DNA of 55,193 nt from the IMG/VR virus record IMGVR_UViG_3300048686_000358, positions 1-55,193 of that record; one strand, given 5' to 3'. The notes below the pieces were generated by a model. The model ran no database searches, had not been told where the DNA came from, and saw only the letters and a program-made list of their open reading frames with translations. The DNA comes from a virus (Duplodnaviria > Caudoviricetes). This document shows, piece by piece, positions 38,601 to 50,600 of this stretch; the stretch's first letter is position 1; each line of letters begins with the position of its first letter. The translations under genes were made by a program, and so were the position numbers.

Positions 38601-41600
38601 GCAGTAGTCGCAGTGACTTCAACAACTAAAGGATCGTTAGTTGTTGACATTGTAAAGTTTTGATTGTCTACAATAGTTGTAACATAATATGTTTGATTTT
38701 CTTCAATGCCACCAAACACATTTCCTGTAAAGAACACGGGCAACCCAACATAGAAGTTATTAGTGCCACCTTGTCCAGTTAAGGTAAGCGGTACTGTAAC
38801 AACATTAGTAGTTGCTGTTGTTTCTGTGGCTTGTAAGATACCAGGATAATCTAGTGTCAATATTGTCTTGTCTGTCAATTCACCCACTAAACAAGTACAT
38901 GTAGCAGTTGGAACTGTAGCGGTTGATAGAACAAATACGGGCCCGCCTGATGTTGCAGAAATTGTAAATCTTTCTAAGTCAACAATAGATTCAACATAGT
39001 ATATGGTTTCGTCTACCAATCCACCAATTACAATGCCTGTAAATTTAACTGGCATACCCACATAGAAACCAGTAGTAGGACCTACCGTACCTTCGTCAGG
39101 TGCTCCACCGGGATTAGGTGCAATTCTTATTGCATTTGGATATGCCGTTGCAGGTCCGTATGTTTCTAATGTGTTTCTTGTTCTTGATGACCATGTAATA
39201 TTTGTTTGTTGTTCAACATCAATAACTTCGAATGCCGCACCTTCAGCACTTGCTAAAATAGAATCTATTGGTGGCTGTGTAGATTGCAATGAAATTGACG
39301 AACTAGAAATTTGAGTACTATTATTAAACAATCCAGCATAGAATGATCCATAGAAGTTACCAGGACTCCATTCTGTAATTCGTGAATTATATGTAGTTCT
39401 ATCATATCTTAATGTTAGATTGTTTTCACGAATTGGATAACTAGATGTAACACAACTTGCTCTCGCAACAATTTGTAATTGGTTGGTTGTACCTGTTCCA
39501 CTTGAACTGATTACAATTCTATTATGATCTTCTAGTGCACCAATGTATGATGAGTATAATGCTACTTCAAAATTTGGTGTATCAACAATTACTCTGGCAT
39601 AATAAAACTCATTATCTATTAATCCACCAATTGTAGTGCTACCCTCACCAACAACATATTTTACAAGATCACCTGTTACTATTAATGGTTGTGATAATAT
39701 AAACGAACTTGTATATGTAGAAACATTTGCACTATCTATGTAAATTGTGTATGCAGGATCAAACTGAATTTCTGGTAGTACGACATAACCTTCGCCCGGA
39801 TCAATTACTGTTACACTTAACACAGTATCTAAGAACATGTTTGCTTGTAGTACCGCCTGTCTTCTTGGAGCAGGATATATATTTGTATCTATATAGGCAG
39901 TAACTCTTGGTGGGTTAGCATATCCGCGACCTCCATTAAGCATTAATACTGCAGGTAAATCAATGTAAATTTGTTGACCCGGTAAATGATTTGTTATTTC
40001 AGTGCCATTAACACCGCGTGTCAATCCGCTTATAGTATTAGTTGCTAAATCAATTTGTGAGTATGCAATTTGTTCATCATCTATCGTGATTAGGCCATTG
40101 ATAGGGAAACCGTTCACGTTATCTACAACCATTGACAATGTAGTTAACTCCAGGTATGATGCAAGAGTTGTGATAGGATAATTGTTTTGACCAATTAAAC
40201 TTATACCATAATTTTGATACCATTGGTTGTATGGTTGAGTTTGCCAAATTTGATTATTTGGTAAGTATTCGTATATGCTATTTGGATTACTGAATACTAA
40301 CTCAGGACTTATAAACTTTTCATAAGTTTTATTGTATTGGCTAGGTAAATCAAAATCAGTAACATCACCGGTATAGATATCTTCTCCTGTATACTTAAAC
40401 AAGAAATCTTTAATTACTACGTGATAAGGTTTGACCTCATTAATGTATCCTGCTAAGAATTCTTGATTATCACTTTGAAATACTTCAATAGGTCTTAGTT
40501 CTCGTATAGTGTGTGAAACGTCAATTAATGATGTTTTATTTAACCATGGCAGATAATTTTGATTCTCAATGGTTTCGCTTTGAATGTAATCAAATAATAA
40601 GATAAGTGCTTTGTTTCTATATTCAAATAGCACTTCCGGTAATTCTTCGTTAAGCGTTCTTAGGACATTTCTTGTTTCTTCACTAGGATAAGTATCGTAC
40701 GGATCAGTATCAAAGAAACTACCACCGAATCCAAATCCAGCAGCCTCATAATCCCACAATGAACTCTTGAATTGTATAGTACCGTTTTGTAATCCAATTC
40801 TCTCCCACACACCAGTGTCTTTTAAAATATATGTTTCTGATAGACCCGCTGAGTTTGTTGCAACCTTAGCGATTGTACCAGTAGGTACTGATAGTGTCGA
40901 TAGATCCGAATATACCGCAACTTGCACGTTCGATTTTGTATTGTTGTTGTAACCAACTGCCCACCAATTTATATATTCCCAATAGTTCTCAGTATCCCAC
41001 ATAGGTTTGCCTGTTGAGGGATTGATGGGTCCTTTATTGAACAAGAAAGTTGGGTTAGCAGTTTCGCTAAAAGGATACTGCTTTAGTATTGTGTTAAAAT
41101 ACTGTAAGTAATTTTCTAATCCTTCAAATCTGTTATAGAAGAAACTTTGTCTTGGTCTTGCCAAAACACCACTTTGCACTAACTTAGGTAGATATGGATC
41201 AGGAACAACTCCCCCAGCCTCATCAGTGCCAGATAGACTTTCTAGCATTCTATTGTATAATGATTCGGGGCGTGTAAATCCAGCCGTTCCGGGCAATCCT
41301 GGTAAGAAATCATCAGGATAGTTAGACCTAATTAGACTATAAGAATTATGTGAAACATCATCATTGTTACCGGTACTGTATCCGATATGTAATATAGAAT
41401 CTAATTCATTGATAGCAGGTGCACAATTATACAATCCAAATACATTAGTTGATAATGGTGCAAAATATTCTATACCTGATCCATTTGGACTAGCAATATA
41501 TGATTGACAAATAAAATCTGATAGTGTTTTACCTTGATTCTTAAAAATCAAATTAGTATTTCTTACCCAATAGAAATATCTAGGAACTGATTTACCTTCA

Positions 41601-44600
41601 GTATTAATTGTGTATTGAATAGAATAATTATCAATATCTCTTGGAGTACCTGGACCTGGATAATCCACTGGAGGGACAGCACTAATAATCCAACTGTAAA
41701 TAGAAACGTCACTACCCGGAAACACACGCCCCCAATATTTACTATTGTAAACTATATCATTTTGATGATAGTTCATGTAACGTAGTGATGAGGTATCTAA
41801 CCACAATTGACCAACTTGTGCAGGTCCCCAAGTAATAGTTCCTCTAGAGGTCGTTGCTGGCGAGTTGTATCCCGCCGGGTCAGAACCAGAAATTACATCA
41901 ATATTCTGAGCAACTACTCCCATTAATTTACCTTGTAATGGATCAAAATAGTCTAGGTTAACTAATGTATTGTTAGTTTCTGCGCTGTAAATTTGAATGT
42001 TTTGAATTTTTCTGACATCGACAACTGGCGCGCTATATCTAAATGTTGACCAATCTTGTTCTCCTGTAGCATTATTATAAATTACAACTTGACCTCTAGT
42101 TACGTCAGGTCTAAAGTTTGGTGCACCAACCATTACCACATTATCATTAAATTCTAAGACTGTACCGTATAGAGGTTGATTGCCATTAACTTGATTCAAT
42201 GCATTAACACTCTGTGCGTAAACATAAGTTCCAGTATTGTTTAACGATTCATTATATACCGGTAAGTAATCATACATGTATACCGCACCCACATTGTTTA
42301 GTGAATCAATAAATTGTGTAGTATTGTTATCAAAAACAAGATCATTATCAAAATTAGAGTCATCAGTGAAATCAAATGTTGTATATTCGAATCGTGTGCC
42401 AATTGGTGCACCTACAACAAATGAACTCTTTTCATTGTACTTTACTTTTGTGCCAAACGCATTTGTCCCTTGTATATGTGGGCAATTAACTAATTGAGTA
42501 AATGTAAATAACTCAAATCCTAATGCAGTTAAAACTCCTTGATTAAATGCTGATACATTTAACTTGTCATTGATATATGCTAAATTAACATTGATAAGGG
42601 CAATGGTTAGTTTGCCATTTACTGCTGTGGCAACTACATTAGGTATATTTGCATTATTAATAGTTAATGCAATCGTAGATGCATTGCCTGCAGGTAGATT
42701 AACAGAATAACCGTTAATCAATATTGTACTTGCGGTTAATAGTGCACAATCAGTAGTGCCCGTAATAGTACCATATTTGGCAGCAGAGTTTGTAAATCGA
42801 TATACTGCACCTTCTCCGTTAATTTGACTCACTTCAAACGGCGCGCCAATAATTAATTCTGTGGCATACTTGTCAACATCTAGGCTTGTAGCAAACTTGC
42901 TACCAACTTCAGGACTTGTTTCTGAAGTAAGTTGTTGTGCATACACAAAATTATTAGAAGAAATAGTAATAATGTCGCCGGCTGTTAAACTACTGTATAT
43001 GTTTAATGTATAAATTACGCTACTAGTGATAGGATCAAATTGACTTGTTACTGCATAATTTTTATCACTCAATAGAGTACCATTAACATCAATGTACATA
43101 GATTGTGTTTGTGCAACAGCAGCCATTGTTCCTGTTGCCGTAGTCAAGGTTACATCAGCATCTACTGTCACAAAAGATAAGTTTGGCGTTGCGTTTGTGA
43201 CTTGGAATGTTGTAGATAATGCTGGATCTTCACTAATTGTAATTGCAGGATATGTAACATCATCTATTGTTCTTGTTCCAATAGTTTTAATATAATAAAC
43301 AGTATTTTCTGTAATACCTGAGGTTGTATACGATCCATAAAACTTAATAGGTCTCCCAACAACCATTGAGGTTGTGTCATTTACAATTATTTTATCGTCA
43401 ATTGATAATGTTCTAGTAGCAGTACCTGATAATTTATTTTTAGCAACTGTAAACTGAGTTCCACCTGGTATACTACTAATGTAGTATACTGTGTTTTGGA
43501 ATATACCACCAAACGTTGTTCCGGTAAATACTACCGGATCAAATAATGAAAATGCAGAAGTTGCGGCTGCTGTTAAAATATTAGTTGTTACAGTTGTGGC
43601 AGTTACAGTAGATGATTGTGTAGTTGGATATAACAATAAATTAAATGTTTGTGGCACATATGGTATTGAACTATTTTGTGTTTCATACGTTTGATATAGT
43701 CTATCAAATACATATGCATAACCCCAATCATTTATTGACCCACTGTAATTTTGTCTTGGCGCACCTACTACTAAAGTTTTTCCAAAATAATCAGTTGCAA
43801 TAGAAGAACTAAATGCATCACCTGATGATAATGTGCCTAGTGTCAACACATTACTTAATTCATATTTTTGTGTAGTTGCATCTTTATTGTACACGTATAC
43901 ATTATTGTTGGCGGTGTCAGACACAAATATCCAATTTTTGTCACCTGATAATGATATAGCACTTCCCCAGTTTGTTACATTATTGTTGGGAGCAATTATT
44001 GGTTCTTGAATCAATACTAATTCATCTTGTAAAGCATTATTAATCAACTGATATAAGAATATTTTACGGTCTGATTGTGTAGCCCCAGTTGGCTGAGAAA
44101 TTACGAACAAATCATCAGTATGTTCAATCGTAGTCCCGAACGAAGGAGATTCGGTTATTGTTTGTGTTAGTACATAGGTTTTTGTTAGTGCATCATATGC
44201 ATATCTGTAAACTTCACCTAGGTCACTATCACTTATTAAGTATCCCAAATTAGCATCATATGCTACTGCCGTTCCAAAACTGCTTGAATTATTCTTAGTA
44301 ACTTCTGAATCGTATTTGTAGTTTAATTTTTTACGTAATACAGCCCATGATCCATCAGAGTTTTCATCTACCCATACTTTATTCTGCACAAATTCTTTTG
44401 CTAGTAAAGGTAGTGAATTAATCTGATTTGGTTTTTCAATTCTTTGTGACTGTAGTTTTAAGCACACTCCCGTACCAGTAACGGTTTGAACGTTAGTGCT
44501 TAGTGATAATGCCAACTGTACCGTGTAAGGATCGACAATACTTTGTACAACATAATAACCATCAACTGCATTATCAAAATTAATGATTGCCAATGGATCT

Positions 44601-47600
44601 AATTTTTGTAGATTGTGCGGGGTGTCTAAAGTAATATTAGCAGTGCCGTTGTTATTATTTTTAGCACCTATTACAGTACCGATTGGTGTAGGTGCAAAAA
44701 TTTGCCACGTGCCTTGAAATTGTGCTAACCAAATATAATCGCCCACATATATTTTAGATAGTGGGTTGTTAGCGACAGGCAATCCACTAAAATAATATGA
44801 GGTTGCCTTAACATCATTTAAGTTTACGTATCCAGCACTAGGTAATAATGTGTTTGGAGTGTCAACTGGCAATGTTGGTAAAATATCAGGGTCTGTGATA
44901 AGTCTACCATAGTTAAGTAAGTTGTATAATGGAACTTCTTGTTGTACACCTTCACTATCTTCCCCGTCGGCTAAACCAACAATACTAGGGTTACCAGTTA
45001 ATAATGATTCATTTAATTTAAATTCAACAAAGTTGGTATTTAAAACTCCACCGTATTCGCCAGTTTTAATAGCCCAGTTTTCATAGACATCATAATCAAT
45101 ACCACCCTGTGGCAATTGAGCGCCCTTGAATACATTTACTGAGTTACGTGTGCCTTTATTCTTAATAAAGTTTTTATATACATTAATTTGTGTAATATCA
45201 GTTAAATCTGCAATTGCTAGGTAATCTCTTGGACGATATCCAATCAAACTAAAACTTAATAAATCAGCATCTTGCTCAAGGTTTGCCTTGTTTACATCAT
45301 AGTATAAAGTGGCTTCATAACTGCGTGTACTTGAATTTGGTAACAAACCTTTTTGAATTTCATCGTAATCAGTTTCTTTCCATGCACGTTCATTGAATAT
45401 TTCATTTGCCTGTATAATTTTGAGTGCAGTCCAGTACTTGTTTTTGTACTTTACAATAGCACCCTTAGTATACTTAATTGTCCTATCCCATTCACGAATG
45501 TTGTCTTGATTTAAAATAAATCCTGACGCATCCAATAATCCGTTCCACTCAGCAGATTTAGTGCCTTTTAATAAGATTCTGTTTTGTCTTAAACCAGTAA
45601 CCAGATTGTATATAATATCGTCAAATAATGTTACGTTATCAAATACAATACCATGTTCAATATTGCTGATATAGAATTGAGTTAGTGCGACAGTATCCCC
45701 GTCATTCAGTGGCTTTGCCGTAAATGACGTACCATCACGAACGATTGACATATCAACTATTTGAATAGGATATGCATTCTGATTTAGAATAAAGTTTTGT
45801 TGTTGTAACGTTAATGGTTGAACGACATGACCATCTTTGTTTACTGTAATCTGATTGGCAGCAGGATTAAGATTAATAATACTACCCGCTTCCCAACCTG
45901 TTTGAACCCAATACATGAATTCCAATGTCATTTGACGCCAGGTAATTGCAAGCCCGGATTCTATAACATCAAATACACAGCCTTGACTTTCTAGATATTT
46001 GCTATAACTTGCCAAAAACTGTCCAACTTGTTGTGGTGTTTCAAATTCTTGCCCATAAGGAACTAATATGATTTTATCAGTATAGTCATTTGCAACTTGA
46101 ATGCTTAGATCGCCTATTTTTATGTTATCATAGTTACCATTAATTTTTGGTGCAAAGGTTTTAAAATATGCAAGTGTTTGACTATTACCATATACTCTAT
46201 ATTTACCATTTGCAGTTAATTGAACAACAACACCACTGAATATCAACTTAGAGAACGGTTGATTTTCATATAGTAATACTTGATAACTTTCGTCGGGAAT
46301 TAATAGTGAACTGTTAGTACTATTGGCTGTACTCTTTTCAACATAGAATTTTAAAAGTGTTTTATCACTAAATCCAGCCACTCTATAGACTAGTCTAACA
46401 TCTAAATTATCTAATAAAGTTGTAATAGAAGTCCCGCCGTCAATGCCGATCTGTTTGCAATAGTCAACTATCCAATTTATATAACTTGTTTTTGCTGTGC
46501 CATTGCCATATATTTCAATATCATTAATTACTAAATGTGTTCTGTTATCAACTAACCATTGATCAAATTCAGAGTTATAACGGTAGTTGTCTAAATCGAC
46601 TCCCAAATTAAAGAAGTTAGCAGGTCTTGTCAATGCTAAAATTCGCATCAAGTCAAATGGCCATGCACTACTTCTGCGATATGCAAACTCACTTGGGCCA
46701 ACATCGCCCACTGCCCAATCTCGTCTAAATGATTGGTTAGAATAATTTCCTACGATGGAAACGAATGGACTGACTAAGTTACCTTCACTGTTTACTGGTA
46801 ATACTTGCAATAAGCCTGGTCTTTGGTATGCACTAATAACAACTGGATCACCGTTATTCCAATTTATACCATTAGCCAAATCTCCCCATAATACAGTGTT
46901 ATCACTTGTGTATGGGGCGGGACCGTAACGTGTTTCCCACCAGTCAGGCTTATTAGTGAAACCAATCATTTCCCACGGGGTCGTGTCGGGTGTGCTAGTA
47001 TCATAGAAGTATTGGTAAATTCCTCTCCAATAACCTTGTATAATTTGTGCCTTGTTTATTTTATTACCAGATTGATTATAGTTATAGGTAAACTCATTAG
47101 CAGGATTATAGTACTGTGTCTTATAAGTGATTCTATTTTGTCCTACCCAATTTAAGAAACTTTCAGAATAGATAGAAAGTATCTCGTTATAATCATAGTC
47201 AGTGGTTCTAAAGTTACCCGGAATAACATCATAATCTCTAATTGGAATAACTTGTCCAAGTTTTAAATTGTTGTAAATGCGCTTTTCAAATTCTAATAAG
47301 ACCTGATCTCTATAATCATTTAATGTCTGAGTTACAGGATCATACTCACCATATAATTTTGTGTAAGAACCATCATGTCCTACAATAAAATAAGTAGGAT
47401 TATTATAATTTTCATCTAATACAACATTAGGAATTGTAGATGGATATAGTCCTAATTTAGTAGGAGTATTTGGTACAAAACTTCCATATGTTTGATTATA
47501 TTCATTGATAGTAATTTGATCGCCAGGTAACAAATCTTTAGTTACTGTCAATACTCTACTATCTGTGCTTACAGTATAATCTACGTTATGTATAAGTTGT

Positions 47601-50600
47601 GTTATAGTAGGTTGATTATTTACCACTCTTGACAAATAAACCAACACACTATTATAGTTTGCAGTATTAAAATTATAAATTGTTGCTAGTGGATACTTAC
47701 TCACATCTAATGAGTTGGCAAACGAATATGTATTTGTAATATACGGTGCTTTAGATGGTAGCATGTCGCTCCAAAAGAACGAATCACTATCTATTTTGCT
47801 AGCAGTAATTTGATCCAATGCATCATCGAGAACATATGCAGGTGTTTCAAAATTTGTGTAACTACTGTTAGTAACAGTATTAATTAATATATTTTTAAAG
47901 TTAGCATATTCTTTACTATTATACATTAATGCATTAAACAAATTATAGTCTTGTTTACGCAAGAATGTACCCGGCAATACCAGTGATGCACTATTTTGTA
48001 TGATGGCAGTTCCATATGGAACAAGATTTCCCAAATCATTGTAATTGTTTATACCAAATACTTCACCCGTTGTATATGGATTGTTATAAAATATACTTTG
48101 ATAATGACCACGAATGTCACCAACGTTAACCTGCTCAACGTCTGCATTAAAAGGATTATTATTTAAGTTAATAGGAACAGTATAATATGCTGAACTGCTT
48201 ACTTCATTACTTAATAAAAATACTTCTACTACAGTATCAACATCAGGATTAGGAACTGACAATGTGATTATAGTTGAATTACCAACCACATCGAACGTGT
48301 AATCAGTTGCAGATTGTCTTACGTTGTTGATGAATACTTGAATAGTAGGCCATGGACTTTCATTTGCAGCCAGTTTTGGAATATCACATTTGTACGTACT
48401 CGTTGGTGCCAATGCGTCATATTTAAACTGGAACACCTGATATTGTACGCTAGGTCCTACTGCTGTCACCCATCCAATAGAACGTTCAAACGTATCTACA
48501 TCAGAGTAATCAAAAATATACCCGGTGTTTACATCTTGTGTTATTGATTGTCCGTTTCTAACATAATTAAACGAATCTAAGTTTAAAGAAACATCAAAAC
48601 TAATATCACCGACATTTGCAACAGAACTATATCTTACAGGGAATCCTAATATTGGATCATCAAGACCTGAACCTAAGCCATATGAAAATAATTTATTACC
48701 TTCAAAAGATGAACTTGGGTAAACTTCTTTGTTACCAAAACTATAATTATTTTTATCAAACACATCAAATAGTGGTGCTTGATTTACAGTAACTTTTTCT
48801 TGTGCTTCGACCCAATCTGTTTCATATAACTCAGTTGTTATATTAAACTTTGGTCCATAATAAAAATCTTTGCCTGCATTATAATATCCACGAAGTATAG
48901 CAGTTTGTTCATTAAACAAAACTTCTCCGTCGTCTGCTTCTGTCAATGTAATGACCGGAGTAGAAGAAGATGTGATGGTAGACAGTCTTACAATATAAAT
49001 CTTGTTTTTAACATTAACATCAGTATCGGATGCAAAAACGATTCTAGCACCATCAAATATATCATATGCATCAAGTTGCTCATCACCTGCATAAATTGCT
49101 ACATCTGTTGCCGTACTAAAGACATTAGATCCAGTCCATTCAACAGTTAAAACATAGTTAGTTGTTGTTTTAGTTACCGCAATAATTTGAGTATTTTGTG
49201 GCAAAACATTGTTTGAATCTGTAATATATTGGTCGACTTCAAATGGCACATTTACAGAATTAATAGGTACTGTAACAGTAGTTGTATATACTGAGGGATT
49301 ACTATTACCTAAGATAGTTGCATTATAAGTTGTGTATACTTGTGTATCAGGATAAAAAACTTCTTTGCCTGCTACTTGACTGAAGGCATCAGTAGTATGA
49401 AAATCAATATAGTCTATTGGCTGTTTACCAACTGTACCTGAATTGAAAAGTTTTATATTTGGATAAAACTCAATAATTGGTCTTTTGGCTTTGTTTTCTT
49501 GTGTCGCATACAAAGAAATCAAATTAGGATCGTTGTTATAAGTTGCTGTTGCATTAATAACATTAATATGGAACCAACGATTTGTTTTAGCCCATGCATT
49601 CTTATCAATAGAATTTCTTGCAATAGTAATGTAGTCCGGAGTTATTGGTATGTACAAACTACCATCATAGTTTCCAATATCATAAGGTAATAAATCATAC
49701 GGTGCGTATACCTCAGAGGTGAATCCTTTGGCTGCTACAAGTTCATCTACACGAATCAATTCAATTGCAGTACCTACACCCTCAACATAAAATTCAGTAT
49801 TAGCATAACTTGTAGGATATATGTCACCTTGTAATATGACTTTTAAACCATTAGTAAATACAACGCCGTTGGGCGCAGTATAATTTTGTTTTCCTAAAAT
49901 ATCTGTAAGTACATTAATTCTATTTGTTATATTGTTTTGAATTAAACGAATCTGTCCTACTTTATTAGCAGATGTTCCGTCTTGATAATACAATACATCT
50001 TTAATAGCACTTAGATAAGGTATTAATGATATAGTTCCGGCAGTGTTTCTATAGAATCCGCGACCTACCCATTGAGTACCATATTGTGGAATAATTTTTT
50101 CATTAGTAGGTATAGGACCTTGTACTACTAACTGAATTGTAGGATCAGCCATATCTCCCACATATACTATTCTATAAAATGTTGCGGCAACGTCTGTGTA
50201 AAAACCACCTTCAAAGTTTGTTTCATCCAAACTTGTGCCAGGAAATACATATGGATTTCCACCAACCGGGAAAGTAACAGGTCCTGATGGGGTACTTACA
50301 GTTTGTGTTCCTGAATATGGACCCGATTCATCATATAGAGTTTCGTCATAAAATTTCTGTACGAACCCTTGTTCATTACTTACACCGGTATTATAAAACA
50401 TTAATGTAAGATTGTTGAGTGCTGTTACACCATCAATACCATTTGTTAGTTCACTAACTCTTTTACCATTAATTTGATCAAACGGTGTAGTACTAACAAC
50501 ACCTACGGGATTGTTACCAGGAAAATTATATTCATCCTGTGCATTCTTAAATGGTACAGTAAACGTTACTAACCCAACTTCAGCACCGTTATTAGAAACT